Shown: positions 49,133 through 61,560 of the stretch, one piece after another | How positions within the stretch are numbered: position 1 is the first letter of the stretch | Layout: the number at the start of each line of letters is the position of its first letter | Assembly (NCBI GenBank): GCA_002633005.1 | Contig: NMRA01000710.1 | Location: forward strand, 63,151 to 127,150 | Length of the DNA: 64,000 nt | Direction: 5' to 3' | Origin: Phoronis australis | Taxonomy: Eukaryota; Animalia; Phoronida | Position numbers and translations under genes: made by a program | The notes under the pieces: model-generated | What the model saw: only the letters and a program-made list of their open reading frames with translations | What the model was told of the DNA's origin: nothing | The model's database searches: none

Positions 49133-49530
49133 ATGGACAGTGCATTCTTCCAAGTACCCTTAAATAACCAAGAATCCCATAGTCTAAAACAAACCCTCTC
49201 TTTAAAATCTCACCCTGTGGGACAGTGTCAGCTGTGGACAGGTCCTGTAAATAAGAGGAGATACGGTGTTCACAGTGTTAAATTTCGTGGGAAATATATC
49301 AGAGTACAGGCTCATCGCTTGTCTTATTACTTGTATGGCACGCCCCAGCGACTGTCCCAGTCCCACCAGGTTTCCCACCACTGACATAACCCTTCCTGTA
49401 TAAAATTCTCTCACCTTTCTTATGAACCCCCCCCAAAATTAACAACTCCAGGCAAATTTGCAAAAATAATGGGGGAATGCACTGGTCATTGGGGATACAA
49501 ATCATGCCTGCTGAATATGGTAATCCTATC
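49133..49530 (+). pseudogene. His-Me finger (I-PpoI-like zinc-binding loop) endonuclease pseudogene, probably transposon-encoded
   Basis: CQLWTG...RYG...QAHRLSY...VSHH*HNPSCIKFSHLSYEP / KINNSRQICK / ECTGHWGYKSC, with one stop (49382-49384) and two frameshifts. Confidence 0.75.
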
Positions 49531-50589
49531 AAGAGCTTTTAAGTTTCGCTTTTCCAGTTGTCGTTTGGTTACTGGGGACAAATAAAACAACAAGAATAAT
49601 GTATATTTTAAGCTGTATTGGGAATTTCAGGGTCACAGCTCTACAAATAAATATTTCACAGAGGGAACCAGATGGGTTCCTTAATTACAAGAGATAACAC
49701 ACACATTTCCGATACCCAAAGTACACTTGAGTATCGAATGCTAAGTGGCACAGGTTAGCAATAGTACCAAATGGGTACATAATACCAAATGGGTATTGGC
49801 CGATTGCCTACCAACTGGGTCGAGCAAAACGGCAAATTCAATAACAAGTACCAAATGGGTACAAACTGCCAAATGGGCAAATATCATATAAAGTACCAAG
49901 TGGGTACACTAAACAGCCAACTGGGCTATAACAACCTGCAAAGCAGGGTTCCGGACAAGCTGAGTGAGCAGACCAGCCGGAGTGATAAAAAGAGATATTG
50001 TAAGGAACGTGGAGTTGTGGCTCAGTATGTGCCGAGAGCTGAGACCGGGATGGAGAGAAGCAAGCTGCAGTGATGGATGCTCGAGTACAGGTCGGGTCGT
50101 TAGCCAATGACGTCGATTTTTGCCGGACGGTATCACGCTCCAGGCCTGAAGAAGCTACCAGCAGGGACTGCAAAAACAACAATAACCAACAGCAGATTTT
50201 GTTCGACAAAAGGGGGAGTGTGGGAAAGGTATCAATCGGTTGAGTGGAGATGTGGTACCCAGGGTAAGGGAGGGCGGGAGAAGTATAAAATTGGCTAATT
50301 AGGAAAACTTACGAGTGGACGTACTGTTGCTTGTGGCTGAGCCAACAGGAAGCTGGAGAGAAAGAACAAACAGCGCTACCATCGGACTTGGTAGGAACTA
50401 ACTAGGAGTTAGATATGAAGGATGAAGGGCTGTCTAATGTTATTTGCCCAAATAATAGGATTTATGTTCGAACTGATTGCAAAAAATATAAAACGTATAA
50501 TAAGCATTACAAAAAGTAGGTTTCGCGAGCAAACGCTTTAGACCATAAACAAGTAAGTCTCTTAACATTAACGTGGAAGTTATATATTG

Positions 50590-50660
50590 GTGGTAAGTGC
50601 AGTGGTAAAGCACGCGCGCTTTATCCGCCAGGTCGTGAGTTCGACTCTGCGTTACCTGCA
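50590..50660 (+). other. tRNA-like head (A and B boxes), probably a SINE or tRNA pseudogene fragment
   Basis: taagtgcagtggtaaagcac...gagttcgactc; acceptor and anticodon stems do not pair cleanly. Confidence 0.4.
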
Positions 50661-50859
50661 GTTTTTCCTGTTTGGCATGTTCTTTGTGTTTTTTTTTTCT
50701 TTTTTTCTTGGATAATACTTCAGATTTTCAGAGGAAAAAACAGCAACCCCCCTCCCGACCTCCCCCATTCGGTGCTATGCGCATCTAAAACGGGCTTTGC
50801 ACAAATGTTTACAGACAAAATGTTGGGCCCCCCCTTGTGATATCCTAGATCCGCCACTG

Positions 50860-51288
50860 TTTCCATACTATAAACAGATTTGTCAGTTTCGTGTTGGCCA
50901 ACCTCTTCCTCAGGTAGTACTTGGCCTTTTTGTATTATTGGCTGGACTTTCGCTTGACATAGTAGCGCTTTCTGGAGTCCGCATTTCTCAACATTTTTTC
51001 ATGGCACTGTTTTCAGACACGGTTAGTCCTGATGCCTCGTCCAGCTTCACCGTGGATTTCCCTTGTCCCACGGTTCCGGAATGAATGGCTGAATGACACA
51101 GCCCCGTGAAGTTTCGTGTGTGTCGTGATGTTTTTGGTGCATATGCATAAACTGCTGCATTCAAACTTTCATTGATGATTGTGTTGAACAGATATTGCAT
51201 ATCTCTTAGCTGTTCCTGGTCGAAGTGGGAATTGATTTTTGTTTGAATCGTTTTCAAGTGCTTTTCACTCAGTTCTAGATGCCGGTCA
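50860..51288 (-). mobile_element. C-terminal fragment of a Kolobok-type DDE transposase, convergent with the His-Me finger gene
   Basis: LFNTIINESLNAAVYAYAPKTSRHTRNFTGLCHSAIHSGTVGQGKSTVKLDEASG (T..NESLN......PK catalytic-Glu-like motif); cut by MITE-like ends at 50859 and 51289. Confidence 0.6.
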
Positions 51289-52994
51289 CAGGGATATACC
51301 TAGGTTTCAAAACCCCGCTTGCCAGCTGGGCGAGTGAGCCAAAACATCTACCTGTCCAGCCCGAAGTTCAGTTGCCCAGCCGTTTGCGTCAGTTGCTGCC
51401 AATGTCAATGAAAATCATCGTTTCGTGCGTTGATGTCACCATCTACTAGGGCCAGTATCGCTTTTAGAAAATGAATTCCTACTAAGAAACTTTTGAGGTC
51501 GATGAATTCCCAGCAACGCAAGACGTTGCCTTGGCGCAAAGCTACATGCTACAGCTACGGCGCCAATGTGGGTAAAAGACTTACCAGATACAATCTGACA
51601 CAAAAGTATTTTTTATTTAAAACTGCACTCTTCCTCCTTCCTGACACCAAAATGGAAGGGTCCAGCCAAAAGCAACAGCGCAATTAATCAACTTGTCATT
51701 AAGGAGTTTCCACCATGCATTTTCTTACTTTTCCAGGTCTCAGTTTGCTAATATGAATCGAATACTATAAAATCTTACTAAAGAGGCACTTTTTATGACA
51801 AATAGTCGCAATTTTTTAATTTTGAAAAAAAAACTTATTTCTAAGTTTGCCGCCAAATGATGCAATGGGTGGACAACGGTTGGCCGTTTGACAACCGTTT
51901 GCAATGTCGGAACACTGCAGGTCAGAAGACAAGGGCGATATTGGGCGAGAATGGACAATTATTATGCAGACAGAGAGCAGAGTGGATACAGGCATCACAT
52001 TCAAGTACTTGAAGAATCAGACAATGAATTCGATTTCCCATTTAGCGAACTTTCGTCGGCTTTTAGGCCGTATGAACTCGACCCACTTGCACGAGAAATG
52101 CTGCAGACATGTAAGAGCCACAACCAACTCTACCAAGTGGTGGTCAATACTCACAAAATAGACACTTAATAATTACTGACAAAGGCCACAGTAAACCTGG
52201 GTTACTCGTATTCACTATTGCCGTGAAGAAATGAGCACAGTCTAAACCACAATATGAACACGGGCAAATCACAATCAAGGTCCATATTCGGTGGCCACTT
52301 TTGGTGAAAAATGAAGGTTGTCATATAAACTGTAAAAGCTGGGTTATTTTAAAGTACCATCACTCCAGGTTTGTAATCTAAAATATTTTTACCCAAGAAC
52401 CACCGAATAAAATTTTATGGCCTAATGCATCACAGTTGTATAAAAGGGTACATACACTACAACTTGTGGTCACAGCCCACTTCTGTCATGCAAAAATGCA
52501 TAAGGTAGCTATTATTTTAATAAGTTATTGATAAAATTGAAGAAGTATCACATACTAAAGTAAGAAAAGTTATTGCCGTGCTATTTCTTCTAGATGATGA
52601 TACATTGCATATCTTAACACAGTATAATGAGAACTTCCTTCTCTTGCAATATGATTCTTACAAAAAGAAAATGACAAGTAACTACTTTTTTCAATTTATT
52701 TATCTAAACATCATTCAACAAAGAATGGACTCACCGGAGACAGCCCAAGAGTTGTTATCTCTGCGGCGAAGGATGTTAAAGTTGAGTCCCGATGAGTTGC
52801 CAGCAGTCACTGGTACGGTGCGCGGCTTTAGACGCTCTGCGGCTGGGTTAAAGATCTTTTATAGGCCTAACTATCCCCAATTCCCGTACCAGGGTGAATT
52901 TCAAAAAATAACTTGACTTGGCTGCGTCAGATGTGATATGCGACGTTGATGTTGAAATTGCGCCATATTTTTTATGTTGATTTCCTTTGTTGGT

Positions 52995-53902
52995 TTATAA
53001 TTCATATATTGCAATGTAGGCATCCTGGGGAGGCTTGGATGTACTTGTGACTGTAGAGTCGTCAAAATTTATCCATTCCCATGCTGACGATTTAACACAG
53101 CATGTATAATGACCACCCGTCGTCTTTCTTCCATGGTGTTCAATGACTGCTTTTATTTTGTAGCCGGAGAGGTCATACGAGGAAATCTTTGTGTTGATTT
53201 TTTCACCATTAGTCGCGGTACGTAAGATATGAATACAAAGGTATTTTGGCGGTTTTACTAATGACCATGTGAGCTGGCCACTGAGACTATTACAGTTTGG
53301 GCAACTAAAGTCCTCGATGTCCAACGACGTCCACAAGCTGTGCCACAACTCCTGCATAGTTATTTCTTTCCTTAGCGTTGGGAGGTAGACGGTCAACTCC
53401 CAGTCTATCTGTGTTTTTTCCTTTGTTGTTGTGCAGTTATTACAGCTCCTAGTTTGCTTCTTCACGTGTTGGAAGGTACTAGTAACCTCAGACGTTACAT
53501 TATCAGCGTTGTGAGCAAGTGTGTCAACGTGCCATTGGTTCAGTAACCATAGTAAAAATTCATGGGCATCCTGTTGACTTCCGTTGCCAAGAGAGTTGTT
53601 CTGTAATCTTAGTTTATTCAAAATTTCAGACGGAGTTGATGTATACCTTTTAGTTGCTTCATATGTGTTCACAAGGATGGTTTTCATATTGTTTTTCTTG
53701 TTGATATTGTATTTGTGCCAGTTGAGGTTGCATGAAAAGATAGCTTGAAGTGTAGAGTTCACAAAACACGTGTTTCTAACATTGCAAAGACCAAATCTTT
53801 TATCTTTTGTTGATTTTTCGTTTGACTTCCTTGATATCGGGGATGACGAAGTAGCTAATTGTGTTTCAATCTCGGGCTTAGAAATGTTGCAGAGTTGCCA
53901 TT
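52995..53902 (-). CDS. Ubiquitin-specific protease (peptidase C19/USP) catalytic domain, uninterrupted ORF
   Basis: Frame is open from 53975 to the stop at 52995. Cys box FGLCNVRNTCFVNSTLQ (Cys codon 53768-53766, just upstream of the listed ORF start), QQDAHEFL, two CxxC pairs (CNNC, CPNC), His box AVIEHHG..TTGGHYT, WINFDDSTV. No in-frame ATG before the Cys box; a possible acceptor tttacag lies at 53903. Confidence 0.8.
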
Positions 53903-54075
53903 CTGTAAATTGCTTGTTATTTCTTGATAAATATATTGTATAGCTACATCTAAGAGCTGTCTGAGTTAATTGATGCTATTTGCCTAGTTTTCAACACATT
54001 CACAAGTTGGTCAAAATAGTTAAAGCAATGCTAGGCCCAGTGTTCGACTTGTAAACAGTAAAAAATTGTACTGGC

Positions 54076-55312
54076 TGGGGGTACGTACACTACGCACAGC
54101 TAATCAACGTCAAATTTTGACTAAGTTACAAATGTACGGGATTATCTCGAATTTTGTGCTGCCTCTACTAGTTGTTTTGTTCCAAGTTGTCTTGAGTGAT
54201 AGAGAACCTGTCTCTGCAGCATCAGTTGTCACATGACATGTCTTCGAGGGTGTTATTAGCCAAGTCCTGTGTGGCATTTTATTGTCCACAAATTTAATAA
54301 TGTCCTTTGCTTTTTTGTCAGACTGGATGCATTTTGGAAATATCAGTATTGTTCATGAGAACAGCAGTATATAAAAATAATTGTGGGCAATACTTTATAG
54401 AACAGAGGTTGAAGGTACGTACACTACACAGGGGTACGTATACTGCATTTCAATAACTTGTCAGGTTTCTAAAAAATACATAGAATCTACTTAGAGTAGT
54501 TCATTTACCAAATCTATTCAAAGAGTGCAACTAACAAGTACAGCATAAATGTATATATCCGTCGGCCATTCTTTGAAAACAGGCACATGTTAATATATGG
54601 GGGTACGTACACTACACAAATGCTAATATTTCACTCAAAACAAATGTATTTGTAATTTTCACCCTTTTAACCCAGCATTTTAATGGAGGAAAATGTCTGT
54701 GACAAACGTTGCACACTTAACATGTAATATTTTTTCATGGTATTTATTCACTTGGGGGTACACTACACGGGGGTACGTACACTACACGGGGGTACGTACA
54801 CTACACGGGGGTACGTACACTACATTTGAAAGACAAGTCAGGTTTGTAACTAAATACTAAGAACCTACTGAGAGTTAGTTGACTTAAATCAATTCAAAGA
54901 GAAAAAAAACACAGCATTGAATTTGCATATCTGTCATATTTTGAAAATAGGCACAAATTAAGATGTGGGGGTACGTACACTACACAAATGCTAATATTTC
55001 ACTCAAAACAAATGTATTTGCAATAAAAACCCTTTTAACCTATCATTTTTAAGGAAGGAAATTGTCTATGACCAATTTTGCTCACTTACCAAGTGATATT
55101 TTTATTTCATAGCATTTGTAAATATGGGGGTACGTACACTACAAGGGGGGTACGTACACTACATCACTGTTTCGGCATCACACGGTAACATAACGTTGTA
55201 TGGCCATTTATTTTTCTTTGGTGATAATAAACACCATGTTGTTATTTAAAAGGCAATAATTTCATTTGCAATGACCATTTGTGTTACTGAATTCCACATG
55301 GGGTACGTACAC
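54076..55312. repeat. Array of GGGGTACGTACACTAC motifs with a ~370-bp tandem duplication
   Basis: Motif at ~54077, 54414, 54431, 54600, four tandem copies at 54754-54803, 54968, 55127, 55147 and 55300; 54582-54672 matches 54951-55040. Confidence 0.85.
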
Positions 55313-55994
55313 AACAATTTGTTAGCGTTTTTGGCCCATTTTCAACATAGCAAAACCCAGTCAATATCCAAATTTTTGGTTTGTATAGATATTGAATAAT
55401 TTGCCGTGTTGCCTAGGCTAACATATTCTACAGTTCTTCTTATTACAGAGTGTAAACTTTAGTTTTTAACCTTCTTTACAGTAGGTGAGGGTTAGAAACA
55501 CAGAATTCACAAAATTCGTAACGATTGCCTGTTTTATGATGAATCCTGCCATTTCTCAATGATGAAGCACAACTTCTTCTAAGTGATTCTGAAAGTGACT
55601 CAATTTATTTCCAGTCATATCAAAGCATTTGCTTACTTAATAAAATAAATTTCTTTTCTACTGTTCACAGTTGAAATTTGTAAAACGGCCACTGGTAACG
55701 CTAAAAAAGCATGAAATTCATAGACAAAATCATGCATAAATTACTCAAACATTGACCGATCTATTTGGATGATTCTTTTTTAATTTGCACAACTAAATAA
55801 CCTTTTGCATATGAGATTCAGTTGGCATTTGGTAAGTGACCAAAAAAATTATTTTAGACCGTAACACAGTCAACTCTCGAATATGGACCTTGATTGCGAT
55901 TTAGCCGATAAGTCTATTTGTAGTAGCACTCGATCTGGACTGGGGTCCAGGACCTGGCATCACTCGCCCTAGAATGGAGGCAGTTTGTTCGTTA

Positions 55995-57097
55995 CCCTCT
56001 AGTCATCTGAATTCTACACATTTAGAAGTTTTGTTTAAATCCTTTGTACTTCCACACATTGATTATTGTGATATTATATATCAGTCTGCCAATACGGGTG
56101 CAACATTTGGAGAGGTTACAATATCAAGCCGCCTTACTCATTACCGGAGCTTACAGGGGATCCAACAGTGTTAAGGTTTTGAATAGTCTCAAGTGGCCCA
56201 AACTGTCTACTCGACGCAATCTTCACATGACCACATTTACTTTCAAGATAATAAACAATGTCAACAACGTGTCTGTCAAAAAATATTTGATCTATATACT
56301 AGACAAGGCCATCGTAGTGATTTGAGATCCTCCATCCCATAGGCAATTCCTCCGTCGTTCAGTCAGGCATTCAGAAGGTCTACAGTCATGATGTGCATCA
56401 ACAACTGGAATTCTCTTCCAGTCTCTATTAAGGAAAGCTTATCTCTTTTCCGAGTATAAAACATAAATTTAGAACTGTTTTTCCTAATTTTGATAACTCA
56501 ACACCCTTGACTCAATTCTCCCTTACCCGCGATAACGAAATAGCATTGTACAGATCAAGATGTGGCCTTTTTCTCAACTCTGACAAGTTCAGGCACAACT
56601 TTAGTAATGTCTCTCTAAACTGTAAATGTGGTGACCACCAATCTTATCCTCATATTTTCTTCAAATGTCCCCTTATCGAATACCTGAGAGACTCACTCTT
56701 TCATGCACGCAGTGATAACCAATCAATTGTTAACGCTCTCAACTCTTGTAATAATATCCCTACTAGAGTTACATTATTACTGAATGGTAGTCCTAACCTT
56801 GACTTCGTTCTCAACGAATTCCTCTTAAGCAACGTTAGCAAATTTTTATTTAGCGTTTATCCATATTGTTGCATCTGACTTCCCTACATGAATCTGTACA
56901 TATTTTTGTTTTTATGTATCTGTAATAGCCTATCTAAGTATTGGAATACTTATTTTAGATACTACTTAACTGTATATACCTCTATGCATATAAGTTTCAT
57001 TTATGAATTGTTTACAACCCAGATATAATGCTTCGCGGTTTCTGGGTTTGTTATTATTTCTTTGTATGTTCTGTGCATCCTTCAATAAATATATATC
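55995..57097 (+). mobile_element. CR1/L2-group non-LTR retrotransposon, 5'-truncated and frameshifted ORF2 end plus 3' UTR
   Basis: LEVLFKSFVLPHIDYCDIIY / LERLQYQAALLITGA...LKWPKLSTRR / NNWNSLP / RSRCG..LNSD...CKCG...HIFFKCP; ends at tcaataaatatatatc. Confidence 0.85.
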
Positions 57098-60000
57098 ACT
57101 TACCCTCTGACACAGCGCCACCTATACTACAAAGTGGCCCTGTGGAAACATGATGAACGACCCACGGATTCCGTGTGTGGGCATCAATGCGCATGCCTTA
57201 GTTTTACTTCCTATGTAAACAAAATGGTTCACTGTGTGCGTGAAAAGGTACCGGGTATATTGCTTTGTGTTCTGTTGCACTGGAATAATAATCATTTTGA
57301 TGGAGTGCATTTGGACTCATCCTGAATCTAATTTACTGATTTTAGACGTTTTATGTTCACGTTAGTTGTATAAAGTTCTTTCTAAGTCGTCATATTTGGG
57401 TCTGGGACCGGTGTCGCGTGAAATTTCTTCCCCGCCCGTGAAATTTCTTCCCACTCTGACCCTTTTGCGCATGCGCGGTATTGAGGGGAAGTTACTTCAC
57501 GTCTAAGGCATGAAATTTCTTCCCCCGTGAAATTTCTTCCCAAATGAAGACGGCAAAGCACAGCTGTAAAATAAGCCTAAAAATATAAATTCACTACGTG
57601 TGTGATAATATAACGATTTTAGTCAATTGCCATTGTTATGTTAGACATTGGTAAATGAATTATAATTAGATTTACTTCAATTCAGTCGCCGGTCAGTAGG
57701 TTTGCGCACGTATGGCGTTGACTTTGCGGGTTGTCACCATGCTTTTGTTTGTTTTATTGTACTCTGTAAACTGTATTATGAGTTAATATTACTTACGTTA
57801 ATAAACCTGTCATCCTCTGTCTCGCTCTCTCTGTCTCTTTCTCTCTACTTGCGGGCAGGAATCCCGTTAGCTAGGTAGGATCGTGCCCCTGCTGCCGTGG
57901 AGTGCATCCGGACCGGGGAGTCCTCTGTTGAAAGGCAAATTAGTAAAAAGCTCTTTCAAAAAAGAGACATTCTGTAGACTATATACTTATAATTGATTCA
58001 TAAGATTAAAATATTTCTGAATTTCATTTCCTGGCCTGGGCGTGGCCCGACCTTAGGCCCGTCGCGGTGACGACGCTCTTCGTCTTCACTCCGATCTGAG
58101 TGTTCTTTTTCGCTTGTACTGAATTTCCTTCAAGAATATGTTAGAAATACTCGAATGGGTAAAAATACTCGGTTGGGTATATTCCCAGTAAGGCATTATC
58201 ATTTGTTGTGGTACGTAATAAGTTAAAATAATCGACGCCCACATGTATGACCGAAGGCGATGATCCCGGAGAAAAAAGGTGTCCTGTGTGAAATAGCGTT
58301 CCTACATCATCAAACGCATCTTTCAGAAAAGTCTTACAAAAATGTACACTAAAAGAAAACACAGAAATTGGAAACCTTGTTTTTTCCAGGAACTTCAGTT
58401 CATAAGATTCGAAAAAAGGGAAATTTTCAAAATCGGTTTAGGAAAGCTCCAGCAAGCAAAATAATTAGCGAGAATCAGGAAACGTATTAAAAACTCTAAG
58501 GTCATTTTACAAAATCACACGCCGTGGGAAAAATGGACCATCACAGCTACAATGGGTAAACATTGCAGTAAAATATTTACACTTTCTTGCTAAGGAAACT
58601 GAATTCGCAGATTAAAAATCTTTGAATGCGCCCTGAGCGCGTGGAGCGCTCCGAAAATGAAGCCGGAGATCAATCCTTGATAAACAAGACTATTTTAGTC
58701 TGTTATATTCCATAGTGTTGTATACCAAGGAACTTGCAAATATATATGTAGTAAGAATTACTTACTTCATGTGGGAACAAGACGAACGAGTATCCTGCGT
58801 GAATTGAAATAAGGTGCACATCAAACCATTTAACAAACAGTTTTCAATTCGTAGGCCTATCAAAAATGTCTTGACAATTCGCAAAAACTAAAAATGTCCA
58901 AGAAAATTATTTCTTGACCAAAGAAATTGAAGGCCTTGGTATCTTTAGCAAAACTTGAGAATACAGTACCCTATTTTTAATTAAACGTTTTTGAAAAATC
59001 GCAAAAATGCCAAACTGAAAATAATTCAACGTACTCGAAATGCGATTTTAATCTGGCTGGCACCAGAAAGACTGGAACTGACGCCTGTTTTTTTATACAA
59101 CGAAGGCACAGGGACCGACTCTTTACGTATATACGGGTGTGTGTGTGAGTGTATATTTAAACACTGCACTATTACATACCCCTAAATTAGTGATATTCCA
59201 TCGATTTTGGCTTAGGAGGCACAGAACAGTTCTCACTGGGTTTTGCCTAGCAAAACACAAATCACTTAATTTGTAACCTTTTCTTCACTCTGTCAAAAAC
59301 AGGATGCAAAGAATGGCATGTTTTCAAATATTTCACATAAAAAGCCCAGCAGATGAGCACAGAAACTTTATTCTTTCTTGTATTTTTGACCATTTCATTC
59401 CCACTGAAAACCAAGCTAGACTAAGAAAAATAAGGGCAAAAAAATGCAAAATCGACACTTTTCATCCGAAAAACACCACTACCCTGCCGATGCACGGATA
59501 AAACCAACATTAGAGTCTGAAAGCAAATTTCCTACCGATTCAGAAAATATGGTCCAAATGTACTGTCAACCAACTAGTTTTTTGGCAATTCTTGCTTGTT
59601 TGAGGGCTACCTAAAATCACAGCCAATTTCTCGGCCGCTACCCAACAATGCACAATTGCAGCCGGGGGCCGCCATCTTGAAGAAGAGTGCAGCTACAGCC
59701 AAGAAAGTGGCCTTTTTATTCACAGCATGTTCACAAATACAAACAAACCACATTCACTGAGCCTACGTGCAATGCCCACCTACAAAATGCCCCCAAACTT
59801 GGCCTACCCCAAAATTTCTATATTTTGGCAGTGCAAATTGGCCGCAGCCGCAGCTTAACTATTCAGTGCCACCTTAATATTTAGTGTTTCCCACTTATTT
59901 TCGGGTTACCAATCCAGTTTAAACATGTCCTTCAAGGAATTATCTCAGTGCATTGTAAAAATAACTGATTTTTCTATAGCGCAGAATTCTTTGTAGGCCC

Positions 60001-60289
60001 ATAAACGAAATGGACCTTACCTAGAAATGTTGTGTGACATAATTGAAGTTGAAGAATTATTTCAACCTCAATTTTCTGTGTGGAGGTTAACTTGACTCGC
60101 CAAAGAATCCCAATCAAAAAATTTTATGACCTATAAGTTTATTGGTTAGCAGTGAAACATGCTCACATAAGTTTTCATTTATTGAGAAGTCAGTAAATAT
60201 TTTACAAGAAAACAGGTGTTCTATAACTTGATAAAATATGAAAGTCAAAAACCTAGCATAAATGGAGCCACAGCTAGAATTCGTAAACA

Positions 60290-61560
60290 TTTTTGTACAA
60301 TCTTAGACCAAAACCGCTTTCAAAATCTTCAATTTTTAGAGCTCATCTACGAAAGTTGGTACAGTACATATTCATAATGTCTAACTCTTGGAGACAAAAC
60401 ACATGGTATTTAACTTGGTTAACTGTGAGAAGCAAAAAGCTAACATGACTGGGACCAATTACGAAATTCGCACAAATTTTGCTACATATTCAACCCAATA
60501 TCCCTTGCAAAATCTACAATTTTTGGAGCACATCTGCAAAAGTTGGTACAGTACATAGTCATCATGTCTAATGAAAGTCTTGGAGACAAAAACACATGCT
60601 CTTTAACTTGGTTAACTGTGAAAAGCAAAAAGCTATCAAGACTGGGGCCAATAATGAAATTCGTACAAATTTTACTACATATTCAAGCCAACATCGCTTG
60701 CAAAATCTTCAATTTCTGGAGCACATCAGCGAAAGTTGGTACAGTACATAGTCATCATGTCTAATGAAAGTCTTGGAGACAAAACCACATGTTCCTTAAC
60801 TTGATTACCTTTGAGAGCTAAAAAACTAGCATGACTTAGGCCAATAATGAAATTCGCACAAATTTTACTACATATTCAAACCAAAATCGCTTGCAAAATC
60901 TACAATTTATGGAGCACATCTGCGAAAGTTAGTACAGTACATATTCATCATGTCTAATGAAAGCCTTGAAGACAAAAACACATGCTCTTTAACTTGGTTA
61001 ACTGTTAGAAGCAAAAAGCTAACATGACTAGAGGCCAATAATGAAATTCACAAATTTTACGACATATTTAAACCAAAATCGCTTTCAAAATCTAAAATTT
61101 TTGGAGCACATCAGCGAAAGTTGGTACAATACATATCCATCATGTCTAATGAAAGTCTTGGAGACAAAACCACATGTTCCTTAACTTGATTTTTTTTTAT
61201 TTTTTTTAATTGCAGGCGGTCTGATACACGTTGTACCAGACGTGCGCGGGCCTCGCATGTGGACCCATTGCACTGATCACCTGGAAATATTTTTCAGCTT
61301 TATTAATATATAGTTAACTTATTACCTTTGAGAGCTAAAAAACTAGCATGACTTAGGCCAATAATGAAATTCGCACAAATTTTAATACATATTCAAACCA
61401 AAATCGCTTTCAAAATCAACAATTGTTGGAGCCCATCTACCAAACTTGGTACAGAACACATTCATAATGTCTAATGAAAGTCTTGAAGACAAAAACACAT
61501 AATCCTTAACTTGGTTACATGTGAGAAGCAAAAAGCTAGGATAACTGAGGTCGCAATTAC
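60290..61560. repeat. ~192-bp satellite, ~6 copies, interrupted by a SINE
   Basis: aaagttggtacagtacata recurs at ~60352, 60539, 60732, 60925, 61117 and 61442. Confidence 0.9.
61190..61320 (-). mobile_element. 5'-truncated SINE copy with poly(A) tail
   Basis: Poly(T) followed by gcaggcggtctgatacac...gctttattaatata, homologous to 4678-4790; ttaactt is duplicated on both flanks. Confidence 0.8.

Noticed and set aside
31422-50859. cagtggcggatctag at 31422 and ctagatccgccactg ending at 50859 as TIRs of one 19-kb element
   Set aside because: The flanks share no TSD and the interval contains host exons. These are more likely ends of two separate copies of a common MITE family.
57408-57542. Cluster of gtgaaatttcttccc motifs
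   Set aside because: Probably one terminus of a MITE, but I found no matching end or TSD, so it is not annotated.
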